In this document: in pieces, positions 12,301 to 24,400 of the stretch
Position numbering within the stretch: the stretch's first letter is position 1
Layout: the number at the start of each line of letters is the position of its first letter
Origin: Phoronis australis
Lineage: Eukaryota > Animalia > Phoronida
Reading direction: 5' to 3'
DNA length: 64,000 bases
NCBI GenBank assembly: GCA_002633005.1
Contig: NMRA01000386.1
Location: 1 to 64,000, forward strand
The notes under the pieces: generated by a model
Told to the model about the DNA's origin: nothing
Database searches by the model: none
Seen by the model: the letters and a program-made list of their open reading frames with translations, nothing else
Translations under genes and position numbers: made by a program

Positions 12301-15300
12301 GTTCGTGTACAGACCTGTGTCTGAAATACGTGTTTTTCAAAGTATTTTGTCCAAGTGTTTTGCACATAGTAAGGTGAAAAGGCAGATAGGGTCAGATAAA
12401 AAGAGGGATCATCTGCTTAAAGTTGTGCAGGACCTTATCAGCAAGACTGCAGGGGCGGATCCAAGATTTTGAATGGGGGGGTGCAGAACAGAGTATTAGC
12501 CAGGATTTTGCCCGTCAGACATTCGCACTCCCGAACTGCCAAACTTGAAATGGAATCTGGGATAATTTTAGGGGGCTATGGCCCCTCGGCCCCTCTAGGT
12601 CCGCCACTACAACTGAAATCATAGAATTTAATCAGCAAAAATATATGTTTCCCGAAACTAGAAATTACGAAGAATTTGATTTTTGACATTATAACAATTT
12701 GTCATTAATGGAGTCACGTCACCATCCTTTTAGTAACATTAATTGAAAAAGAAAAGTACACATTCAAAGCAAAACCACAGGATCAATAACATGAATCAAT
12801 TTGGTATGATACAAAACTTCAAAATAAAATCCCAAACACGCCGTTACTCTTTTGGAAATGATCGTTTCGTTTTCGTTTTATTCATCTTTAATTTTTTTTC
12901 ATAAAAAAGAACCTCAAAATTTCTGTTGTATCCGACCAGCCATTTCTGAGATATAATGTTCCACAGACGGCCAAACTGTAATTTTTCTATGGTCCTACGT
13001 CCAAAAGCGTACTGTCTGCGTCTTCTGATTAATATTACCATACTACTCATGTGGAAAATGCTGAAGTTCTAAACAATTACGTGCAATAAACAAATAAACA
13101 CAGTCGCGTCATTGGAATGCAGCCTTTTCATCGTCAGAAGGCAGATCTGCCGCCTGATTTGTGAACAACGGCAAGGAGGTAAATCAGGCGTCTAACGAGG
13201 TTTGACACTTGATTTTTAAACGGCAGAACAATGGTCTAACGAGGTTTTGCACGTGATTTTTATACGGCCGATCACATGTTCGATTTGGCTTCTGTTTGCA
13301 ATGAGACTTATCATCGCTGAATAAGCGTCACTTAAAGGCGCAGTCGTGTGTTCCCTGTATACGCATATTCGCACGTCTCAAACTGGTTGTTTTTGTGTGT
13401 CTTTTGTCCATCCTTACACTATTTGCCAGTACTACGAGAGCTAGAATGGAAAGCATCATGTGATATGGCTTCTTATTGAACAGGAGAAATATTCGGACAT
13501 TCAGAATAATTGGAGAAATCTCCAGACATTCCAATTGATTGATGTTGAGAAACGTAGAATATTACTTCATCTGTGAAGAAGTGTCTTTGCGGTGTACGTG
13601 CGCAAGTCATAACAGCAAGAACAGACTAAATCGATGCATTTTATACACATAGATTATTACATGGCGAAGTCGTTATCCCCCCGTTATCTAGAGCCCGAGT
13701 GAATTTTGGAGAATTATCACCCGAGGGGCGATAGCATGCTTTGCTACAATAAAAAGTAGATGACATTTTAGAAGAATGCTCCATCACAAAAGTAATTAGG
13801 AAACAGAACTATAATCTGGAACATTTTATAGACTTTTTATTTTTACAGAAATCCGCAAAGTTCCAGAATGTGTCTTTTAATTGTTAAAGTTTTCCAGCAC
13901 ATCGTAAGAAACTATAGATACCAAGGTACGGGTTAGTATAAGGCAATGCAGCTGAAGGAGAGTTGATGTGTAAGCTTAGATGAGTTAGAGCTGAGTTGTA
14001 TAGCAGTTACAGAAAAACAGTTACGATAAACATAGAGTCAGCTATGAAGGGATCTGGTTATTGAATCAACGAGTGTAACTGTCCATAGAAGTGTCTCAGA
14101 AGTTCATCACTAGTCAAATCTTTGCAGCACTGGCTAGAGCAGAAAACAGAAGTTTCGTGGGACGTTTTGTTTGAGTAGGTTTATGAACGTACGGTCTTGA
14201 TTAATAAAGTGATTAACTCGAACCAGTCTTCAGTATATTATCGCACTCCGAAAACTAGTAGCACAGGTCAGTGACAACCAGCGTCCGCCCATTCACGGGG
14301 GAAAACGTAACAGCGTGCCAATGAGTTGGAGGGGAAAGTCGTTGTTAAAGGGTCAATATCGGTGAAAAACATCTTTTTCTGAGATCAGAAACAGGACGTA
14401 GTCTATCTGAAACTCTCGGGTTTCAGCAGAGCGCTTTGCTTGCCTGAGCAGCATCACTCTCAGTATGCATAGATTAAGCGTAGTTATCTGGTAGGCTAAC
14501 GTCACCGGCCTTGATGTTAATGAATGTGTGGCAAACAACGGCTAGAATTGGCAATTCGTACCTTAAAACTGTATACAAAATATTTTCACTCAAGAGGTCC
14601 GCAAATTGGTTCATGCGCCTAAGTTCGGTGTGGTGTCAATGGAATTAACTCTGGTCAAGTAAAAAAGATAAAGTAAGTTTCGAAGCCTTTAGCCTTGATC
14701 GCCGATAAAATAACACTTGGTTTCAAGTCAAATGTCCAGCATGTAGGCGCATGCGCCTAAGTTTGGCAATTAGGGTCAGCTTTATATTTAGGCACATACG
14801 CTCAATAGCAGAATTAAACGGTTGTAAACAAAAACACAACATTTTTATTCTTCTACAGCTCTAGCTAATAACTTCAAAAAGTCTAACCTACTTAACAATT
14901 CCAAAATTGAGTTTCAGTTGGCCTTGAAAAGAATAATGTCCTTTTAATATTTGTTAGTGGGCCAAAATCGACTTAGTATGCATTTAAATAGAACGTCTAC
15001 GCTTACCTTCGGAGAAAACACCAAAAATTCATTGTTTAGTCACTTGACCCCTTGACCCTTCCTGGTAATGTCCTCCAGCTACAACTACCGGTACTCACTT
15101 TTTTGCAATGTTTGCCAATTGTTCCGGTCTGTCCCAAGTATGCATCTTTTCCAACAACGTGCTAATTCCAAATTTCCTCTTTGCTTCATCGACGTTGTCC
15201 TACAAAAATTTGAAACAAATCCAAACAACGTTGCTGAAATTGGCGTTGCTGATACTATTATGCCAATATACACATTTTATATTGCAATGTGGAAGACTGT

Positions 15301-18300
15301 ATACTGCCGAGATGCACTCTGGAACACTGTAAGAGTAGAAAGACTACCGGGAATTTCCAAAAATAGGAAAACTTAAAATGATATAGAATTTACGCTCGTG
15401 CGTATTTTCGGAGGGGGGGGGGGCGAATTTTCTGATATTGTTTGACATAAATGCGTCTGCAGTCGTATCTCACCACTAAAAGTTTTAGTTGTCAATTGGC
15501 ATTCAACAAACACAGTGCATTAAACCTGCCCTTCATGCTGTGCTAATGCGGTTAGTTGCCAACCAAATCGCACAAAATCTCGTCATTTAAGTGCAATACA
15601 TTCACAAAAACAACGGACGTCAACAATAAATGCGATATTAAGGATAACGATTGACAACCAAGTGTATGTTAGTGTCAATAACATAATGATTATCATTCAC
15701 CAAATACATGTTCATGTCAATATCATCATGATTATCATTCACCAAGTATATGTTCATGTCAATAGCATCATGGTTATCATTAATCATAACAGTGAACTAG
15801 AACAGCGACCAATAATTGCATTTCCCCATCCACGCAGTACATTTTTAAACTACCGTTCAACCTCTTAAACTGATTAAAAGCGAAAATCTGTCTCACAATA
15901 GTCCTTACCCTGTTAAAATTTTATTTCCGTTACCAACAAGAACATCGAAACCTTCAGCGACTCATGAAAATGATTCAGAGTTTATCGGGTTTGTCAAATC
16001 CTAACATTGCAAATTGGAAAATGGCGTATGTACGCAGTGTTTATGACGAGTTGTCGGATCATTCGGCAACAATTCAAGATCAGATGCACGTGGTAATGTT
16101 TTTCAACCCCATAAGCGATTCGGTTACGAATTCAACGTTGACAGTTAAGCAACGGCGAATTGCCCCAGCCTTTAAATTGGGGCACAAGTTTTTAGTAACT
16201 GGTCTCAGTTGATCGGTTGCCTTAATTGATAGATGACGCTGTACACACAATATGCTGTTGTAGACCAGACTGAATAGAGCTATTGGGTTTAAAGAATTTA
16301 CAGCTATAAATCTCCATATTTACCTTAAAATCGTGTTTTTTCACATCGTGAAACTGAACAAATCGTGGCAAATTATCGTGCCCTTCAATTCCAATAAAAC
16401 CCGGCTGCAAACCGTATGATTTTCCATACGGGTACATCTCTCGTCGGTTGCTCGTTTCTTCTCTGCGGGCTTTCTTCATGTCTTCACTTTTTTCTTGGAA
16501 TATCAGCAATGCCTGAGCTGGTCTTAGTTTCACTACACCCTCCACCCAATCATAAAAAGGGAAACACGTTCTCGTATTGCTGGCAGTGTGAACGATAATG
16601 ACCTGAAATACATTAATATCGTAAATTCAAAACATCGGTTGAAATCGTTTTGCAGACACTTGACCTAAAGACATTTTAATTTCATTAAAACTCCCATGAA
16701 CACCATCTTTCATTTAACAATTCCTCCATAACTGAGCATCTTTAAACGTGTTTCTCGTATTCCTCGCTGTTTGGCTGTGTGCAGATACAATCCGATGCAC
16801 AGTTTTGAGGTTTTGAGAGCAAACAAGAGTAGCCAATCACGACATTCAGATCCGTGAAGCTAATACAAGTACAGTGATAAGGAGAACCCCCTTTTCTCTA
16901 TTTTTCCTTTTGAGAAACTGCATTTTACTCTGGTTAGCTGCCTAAACCAAAAATTCTAAATAGTCCTTTTAACGTCATAAAACCGATCTCATTATTGTTC
17001 TTAACGCGATAGGAGTCTATTTCCTTTACCAACACGAACATCGAACCCATCAAAGAATCAAGAAAATAGTTACGAGTTTAATGAGCTTGGCCATTCTTAA
17101 AATTGCAAACTCGAACATGGTGCATGCACGCAATGCCTGCAATTTGGTCATGGTAACCGAAACAGAATCAGATCGCCGTAAGGAATATTATGAGACCTTT
17201 TTTTGCGTGCAAAAGACCAAATTAGATGTTCGTATTTTAGCCAGCTAAACAAAGCGAATCGCATATTTAATTAAGGATTACGATAACCATTGTTATTAGT
17301 AAGACTTTGAGGACGATAACAAAATAAAGTAGCACTCTGGCTATCAGCACAGATACGAACAAGTTCCGTTATTAACGTTTCGTTTTTAATCTAAAATCAT
17401 CATCAGAAAACAAAAATTCATCACGTGTCACGAGCAACGAGCAAATACAGTCGAAATAACATTCACATGAACAGATTACCACAGGTGCAAGGGCAAACTA
17501 CTACCTTGACAACTGACCTATCGCAAGTTCTGCCTACATGCGAAAAGTAGATAAACAAACGATATGTTTTACCTGACAACGTTTTCTTTGTCGGGTAAAA
17601 TGGGGGCTTGGAAACGAAGGTGTGTCAAAAATGCTGCGTTGTTATCGGTCAGTTAAGCTGTCACTCAAAATCCTGGCGATAGGTCAACAAGACGGAGGCC
17701 TGCTGACCCCTATTGTACATAAACTCAATGACATATACTAACTTTTTGCTTCCTCAACTAGCCAAAATTTAAGTCAGTTGCTAGCTTTTGTTTGAAAAAG
17801 TTCACCCTGGAATAACACAGTACCACACCCATCATTATTCACCCAAGGTGCTTCACACGTGTCAAGCACATGTCGCCTGCAAATGTACCAGAAACTATCT
17901 CAAATCCTAGTTATTATGTAATTTTATTTCATGCGGGCAAACTTGTGTTATTGCAATTTTGAGTTACAAAGCTGACACAATGAAGTTGGCAAAAAGGCAA
18001 AATTTTTGTTTGGATGCGAATGTATTGCTCTTCCCATCAACCCAGGAGTGCCTAGAATTTTGTAAAGTATATAAGCCATGCAATGCATTTCATTGTAGAT
18101 ATTAAAACGAGGGATGAACAGCGGGCATAACCAATATCAGTGACTGCAAAACAAAAGATTGTATTGGGGAAAAATGCAAATACAAGACTGAGGTCAAAGG
18201 TCAACATAACAATCCACATTAACTACCTCCACCAATAGAGGGGAGTTCATTTCAGGATGGACAAATTGCAGGTCAAAGTTAGCAATGTGTCACTACACCT

Positions 18301-21300
18301 TAAGTGATCTGTTCATGTACAAACTGCTTGTGACTGTACTTGCTCAGTGTTTTCTCGACTGTTGGTGACATATGACGTATTTCTGATTATTTATGACTAT
18401 GGTTTTGGATTTAAAGCGAAACATTGATCATGAACTTGCGCCAACGAGGCCAAAAAACCTTAGTTGATTCTGGTCTACACCTCAGTTCATTTTGAAACTT
18501 GCCCTCATTACCTTTTAAAACAGGAAAAAAATGCCCGCCTGCATCAATTTTATACAAGGTGCCGAACTTTTGGGAAAGTCCTTACAAATGCTCACAAAAA
18601 AGCTTTTAAACGCCATTGGTCGTCAAGTGAGACATAGGTATCCACAAAGGATGCACGAATACCTGCAGTTGCGTGCCTGTAGCGTTGAAATTGGATTGAA
18701 ACTGGTTTGAGTTGAGTAGAAAACTCATAATGTTTGCTCGTCTTAGGTAGATTACATTTTAAAAAATTGGAAACCTATAATATACCGCCCCATTGCATGA
18801 ATTTTCAGAACAATCAAAGACCAGACTCAACTGTGTATTATCGACATAATCATTTGCCACTGGCTATGCGGCCACGAACTGATGATACTAATAACAAAAA
18901 ATGTGATTACATTTTCACAAATGAGAATCTACCTTATCAAGATGCCAGGTGTCTTTCCCGTACCTCTCCAAGGTTAAGTACTGGAGCTCTCCAATATCGC
19001 TACCTTCAATTTCGTAGACATCACGTGATCCTGCTTCTAAATCGTCGTACCACCTCTTGTCTAGTAAAATGCGTCTTGTCGCGCCGTTAGTGCCTTTTCA
19101 AACACAACTGAATCAGTTTTAAGTTGTATGAGAATCCAATATTGGGCTAACCGCTTGCTTTCAAAATGTTTCAAATCATTGTTTACTGAAAGCTCACGCT
19201 TGCTCGTAGTGGAGCCCGTAATTGTGGCCGAGTCGCTTAGTTCACGGTATAGCAGGGTTGGTATTCGAACGCTCTATTATATGAACGAGATGAAGAAAAT
19301 TTAGAACGGAGCAGATCCTTACCACAAATGCGGAACCCGTAAAACTCTCTGAAAACACCTCTAAGAACTTTAACTACACTCAAAGAACCCTTACCCTGAA
19401 TCTGAACTACTATCACACCCAGGCCCAGTTAAAATGTACCACGCACTAGAAGGTCGCAATAAAATCGTTCGTGATAAGAGCTGTGGTAAGACTTTGTGAA
19501 AAGTAGCAAGGTCCCAGTTTCATGGTAATGGTCCTTCTGAGTACGAACTTTAAAATCAGCGCATATTAATCGACGTTTCGGTTCATTGTCTCTAAACCAT
19601 TCTCAAGACAAAAGACAAAAGTATTCCAATCAGGTGACAAAGGTGGAGAACAGGCTGTACAGGTACACGTCAAAATGTATTGTGAAGGGACAGACCAGAA
19701 ATCAAAACAGTTGGAGCTCAAATGAACCAATACTTCTATTCAGATAGCGATCAGTAAAATTGACTCAACCGTATATGCATAGCCTCCTTTATAAGGAGCC
19801 TGAGGGTGGCATTATCCATGTCATAATCTGAACACCAGAGTAATCTATAGTTTGACCGGGTTTCAATGAATGGTTAAGAACAGCACTGCGTGTAAGCGTC
19901 TTTACATTGTTGATTTTAAAGTTCGCACTCATATTTTGGTCCAAAATAAATGTGATCAAAGCTGGTTCTACGTGGGAACTGTTCTGCAGCTCGTCGTATA
20001 GATTGCTCGATTGCCTTCATCATATAAAAAAACAATTTGAAAATGCCGACGGGCAATGAATTAATTGCTAGCTAATTCTGCTACGACACACAACATTGCG
20101 CCAGACAAATCTGACCAAGCTCAAGCTGCATTGCTTAGAAGGGTCGTAACGATTTTGAAAAACCGAAGTCAAATTGTGCCGGCCAGTGTAGTTGAACACG
20201 CAACATGACTGCAAATGGCGATTTAGCGGTAGTAAGAACGCGTCGGACTTAGTTTTCAACTTGCGTGTAAATGAATACCAAAACACAGAGCAGAGTTCAG
20301 TAACGTTAGGACCTCGCTAAAATACAAGACTGCGCGAGATTACTTGAGATATTGCTGTTTATTTTAAAAAAGAACAAGTGATTTTGACTAGGTCTTAGCG
20401 TAAGTCCTGGTGTTACTGAACTCTACCTGGTCTGTTATTCAGGTAATGCCCGTATATGCTCGGACGCTCAGTTCAGAAATATGCTAGCCGGACAGTGAAT
20501 CGTTTCACACCATTTCCAGGCGTCAGTTGTGCCAGGTTGAATTGTTCAGGGGCAACTTGTATCTGGGCAGCGTTCTGAAGATCACGCACGCAAGACCTCT
20601 CGTCAAATCACGTCTGAACTCCTACTGTTTCTCGAGTCCTCAAAACCGAAACGTTGCAAAATGGCGGCTGACAGGTCGGTAAGGAAACAATACTGTAGTT
20701 CCACCGGTGAAGCTACAGTATTGTTAGGTAAGGTGGGAATCATGAATTATGAGACAGTTAACAGTTCCTGTACCAAAAGAATCGATCTAAAGCCACGGCA
20801 CGCACCAGTGCAGCTCTTTCTAAAGTGAAAGCAATGGGGCCAGTTTTAATGGCAATTGTGAGAACCAAATGTGTATTCAGTACATGTTTGAGGTTATTTT
20901 GACTAAACTGTAAACCCATCTATCTTCTGCTCTGCTTTTACCGGAGCTGGTTATCCCGCCATTTTGAATGAACTGCCTTTTCAGACCGAAATTTTTGCTG
21001 CAAGTTAAGGTACCCTAATGCAGAATCAAAATCGGAAAAATCAGGTTGGTAATAACATATTTTAGCCTAAATTTATAGAATCTAGAGGTCAAGAATGCTT
21101 GGAATCTTGTTTCCACTCTAGGACCAAAACAATCCTGAATATATAATTGTGGTAAAATAAAATGACAAATTCACATGGCTTCGTTGATATTTTTCTCCGC
21201 GAATTCGGTTGAGTTTACTTTCTGCACGTTATGCAGTTGGCAAGTGTCCTGAGGCAGAGAATTAGCAAGGGTTTTGTTGAACCAGTTTTTGATTTCGACT

Positions 21301-21496
21301 AGATCAGCCATTTGAGCTTGGACAAGGCGAAATTTAATTGCAGCATGTGTATATGACCCATGTCTTGGGCCAACGGAAAGCAGGCCGGGCGAACAATGAT
21401 AGAAAAGTACCTTGAAGGGTCAGGTAAACGTCATCGTCTGTTCCGGTTCTCCTCCAGTAGGAATTGTCACTTGTGAATACTTCCGCTGAGTACGCA
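6186..21496 (-). CDS. Lipoxygenase (PLAT + catalytic domain), 10 exons located, start exon not located
   Basis: Exons 21496-21411, 19093-18933, 16602-16324, 15199-15099, 12209-12002, 11257-10819, 9750-9500, 7981-7775, 7260-7150 and 6365-6186 are all GT-AG with matching phases, total 2023 nt. Motifs: GTDDDVYLTLQG and FPFYDWV (PLAT), [43 protein letters not shown], C-terminus YLLPERIPCSVAL. Confidence 0.95.
7150..7260 (-). CDS. Lipoxygenase exon
   Basis: RKREVQMEDIMATLPGHILTAAAVTITHALTRFIDTE; ttttAG acceptor and GTAGGT donor; 111 nt. Confidence 0.88.
7775..7981 (-). CDS. Lipoxygenase exon with His/Asn iron ligands
   Basis: LHTYGF...[17 protein letters not shown]...LRKPPPD; 207 nt, phase 0/0. 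Confidence 0.93.
8684..9055. repeat. 33-bp minisatellite in a lipoxygenase intron
   Basis: About 6.5 copies of acttgggacattgctgataacgctcatcaacag at 8684-8900, plus 2 copies at about 8985-9055. Confidence 0.9.
9500..9750 (-). CDS. Lipoxygenase exon
   Basis: GHHLEVM...NRGVDDADLLPNYHYRDDALLLW...DVAADEELQNFMME; tacAG acceptor and GTAAGA donor. Confidence 0.93.
10819..11257 (-). CDS. Lipoxygenase exon with His cluster
   Basis: LVPIAIKL...[30 protein letters not shown]...[26 protein letters not shown]; 439 nt. Confidence 0.95.
12002..12209 (-). CDS. Lipoxygenase exon
   Basis: [37 protein letters not shown]...LEDEMK; ttttgtAG acceptor and GTATGG donor. Confidence 0.93.
12450..12610. mobile_element. 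Short MITE (CAGGGGCGGATCC type)
   Basis: caggggcggatcc...ggtccgccactac; a relative at about 58525-58621 shares tagccaggattttgcc..tcagacatt; absent from the inverted duplicate at about 28460. Confidence 0.7.
13742..14312 (+). mobile_element. Probable solo LTR
   Basis: TG(C)TAC...GTAACA termini, TATA-like and AATAAA motifs; similar to 52972-53494 (aactcgaaccagtcttcagt, ggggaaaacgt.aca). No target-site duplication seen. Confidence 0.6.
15099..15199 (-). CDS. Lipoxygenase exon
   Basis: DNVDEAKRKFGISTLLEKMHTWDRPEQLANIAK; ttttgtAG acceptor and GTGAGT donor; phase 0/2 fits both neighbours. Confidence 0.8.
15662..15790. repeat. 39-bp tandem repeat, about 3 copies
   Basis: atgttcatgtcaatatcatcatgattatcattcaccaa repeated. 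Confidence 0.85.
16324..16602 (-). CDS. Lipoxygenase exon (end of PLAT and linker)
   Basis: VIIVHTASNTRTCFPFYDWVEG...RREETSNRREMYPY...NLPRFVQFHDVKKHDFK; 279 nt. Confidence 0.9.
18933..19093 (-). CDS. Lipoxygenase PLAT-domain exon
   Basis: GTNGATRRILLDKRWYDDLEAGSRDVYEIEGSDIGELQYLTLERYGKDTWHLDK; GTAGAT donor. Confidence 0.88.
19560..19910 (-). mobile_element. Penelope-like element 3' remnant (GIY-YIG C-terminus)
   Basis: Broken frame SAVLNHSLKPGQTIDYSGVQIM / LRLLIKEAMHIR / LNRSIGSFELQLF*, followed by cttgagaatgg...ccgaaacgtcg, typical of Penelope 3' ends. Confidence 0.65.
20292..20425. mobile_element. Small MITE-like inverted repeat
   Basis: agagttcagtaac.ttaggac vs gtcct.gtgttactgaactct. 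Confidence 0.5.
21411..21496 (-). CDS. Lipoxygenase first PLAT exon
   Basis: AYSAEVFTSDNSYWRRTGTDDDVYLTLQG; phase-1 donor GTACTT fits the next exon; tgttgtAG acceptor (phase 2). Confidence 0.82.
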
Positions 21497-24400
21497 CTAC
21501 AACAGTTGTAGGTTGCAAAGTAACAGTATTTTACATAGTAAAGACCATGAGTGAGGTAAAGGCCAAACTTTACAATGGGACATTTGAAATATTTAATTAA
21601 GCTGTTAATTCGTTACGGAGATTTTTTTGCAGGCAGTGTTAAAAGCCAGGAACAGCAAACGTTTTTGATTTGGCAATTTGAAAAACGAGAAAAAGTCACG
21701 TTTACAAATGCATTGAAATTATGTTAGCACAACATGGGCACAAAGTTAAAGGAATCCGCTTATCGTCTGCTTTTGGAGAGTTCATTTGCTTTACCAACGT
21801 TGAAGTAAGGACATAACTGGATTACATTGCACAAGGCTGGCCAAATCACACGTCTTCATGAGACGGTAGGCATGCATTGCAACCGAAGGCACGCTATGTT
21901 ACTCGCGCAGCATATTCAGCCTCGTCCCCAAGCCTCAAAATATCTCTGATTGGCTCAGCCAAATGTCTGGCAGCATATTTTGCTTCACGCGCGCTGGTTA
22001 CCGACATGAACGCTAGACGCGTGGCAGCTTGCTGTTTACGCAAAGATTCCTTTGTAAGCCAACAAGAGTATGGCGTTGCGTTGCTTACAGTCGATACCTA
22101 CTATGCTTGCTGTCCTTTTTTAGCGTTGGTGACCTTCGTTGATTTTCTCGAAACGCCAATACCTGTACAGAAATATAATTTAGAATGGAAAGTTATTTTA
22201 TCTCACATGTTCTTTCAGTTCGAGGGGCATTTCCATCATGCCCAGTAGTCAAATGTAAATGTTAACTCAGCCCCGCAAAGTGTCACAAACCTTTCCACAC
22301 GTTGTTAGGAAATGAGTTGCAACGCCAATCAGATCTTTTAGCGCATCGACAAGGAAAGGTGTCAAAATGTCATCACTTTTAACAGGATTGACAAAATCTT
22401 AGAAAATTTGACTGCTTCATATCAATCGTTGATGATCTCTTAAATTTCTTGTGAACAGATTGTCGTCTTGCAACAATTTGTATCTAGACTATTGAGGTTA
22501 ATCAGCCTGTTTGGTGTTTTTTTGCTTAGACCGTGAGTAGCGTAGACTCTTGTGGTCGGTTGCATGAAGCAATCACATTGAGTCCCAATTATGTTCCTTA
22601 AAGTGCTTAAAAATCACCATCTACGAAAATGTGTCGCCACCATAGTAAATTGCTGGGATATGAATGTTTGCCTGATACTAGTTTTGGACTTAAAAGTGAT
22701 TAAAATAATCACCTCACAAAAATACATCCTCACCAATCAATCAGCTGACCAATTAAAACATCCGCACACGCTATCTGACGATATGTTAATTAACTGATCT
22801 CGAGATACGAGCATTTATCGGTCTATGCATAATACGTAAAATCGGGAGAACCAATGTCAGCACTGGTCATCATCCAAACGTGTTTAATGTGAAAAGTTGT
22901 CAGATATTGCTGCTCGTTTTCCCGTGCTTTATGGTATAGAAATAATAATAATAATTGGACAATGTTGTCGGAATTTTGCAAAATAATGTATAGCAAGGAG
23001 TGGTGAGGCGTTGCGTTTGTTTCTCGTTGTTTGTGTATTTTCTCTTTCAGCTTTATCGGTCGAGAGAAAAACAAAATCTGGAATATGAAACTTTACACAA
23101 GTGAATGGAAAACACAATTCCATCCAAGTTCCTCCCTGATCTGAAAATTTTCATTCACTGCGTTGAGGAACAGGCGAAATGGAGTAAATGCCCAAAACGT
23201 ACCGAGAGTGACGTAGAAGAAGTAATATCCCAGGGGACATTATTCCGCATAACGACCGAATGGAGTGAAAAACGCTCGACTTAACCGTCGTATTTCACTA
23301 CAATTTTTTTTTTACCATGGTAGTTAACGGAAAGTATAATACAAACACAAAGACAGGGATTGTAAATGTCACAAAAATGAGCGTCATGCTGTAGTTCACA
23401 CGAGCTAAAGAGTCACTATGAACGACACTTCACGATTTTTGCCCATTTTCCCCTTAATTTTCCATTTATTTATATTGTAAAAGGATCAGAGGGCCGTACT
23501 ACAATAATCGGGACATCGGAAAATCGCGGATACTGCGCATGATTGTACACTGTACAAGAAATTCTCGTGTTGCTGGACATGTCACACTGGCGCTGGACAG
23601 GTTCGTACGTCACACTCGTGACTGTGGAGCTAATAGACGTTCATTTGACGTCGTTTTCACCTATTTTCTCATGTATATCCACCGAGTATATCGTTTATCT
23701 TCAATTGCCAAATGCCTACCACTCTCACCTAATAAATTGTGGTTTCAACAACGAAATTTCGAGATAGTGTGGATGAATACTCGTGGCAAACTAAATTTCA
23801 TATATGGTTCTACAGCAAATGATGCAATTTTCAGTTAATTTGAAAATCTAAATACCAACCGTCATTATTAAAACGGTTTCTTAGCAAAGCTGTTTTAACT
23901 GACGATACCTAGATCTGACACAACCATCTAACATAAAAAGCATGTCACATTTCAGAATTGGTTTGCACAAAATGTATTGCCCGTGACGACAATGGAACTC
24001 TATCGCTGTAAGGAATATTATGAGACCGAGTAAAATTCTTGATTCGTTTTGTAGCTAAACAGGGCAAATTGCAACTTTAAATTTTAGTTCTCTTGCACTA
24101 GATGAGCATTTACAGGTAAAACTAATCAAGAAAAAAAGCAAGTAAATTATTACGAACCCATCTTGTCCTGACTAGTGATGACCTTGGATCAGTCAATCCC
24201 ACATCTTCAGTGTTCAATCACCTGCAGTTAGCAAAACATTTGACGTATCCTGAGCAAGAGTAGGCCGCTGAACTACACTGTTATGTCATTGGGATAAATT
24301 TGTATAGCTGCATTGAATAGGTATGCCTAGTTAGTTGATATGTAAGGCTTGACCTGGGCTTGTACAATCATGTTCTGAACCAGTTCTTGTATGCATTCCA

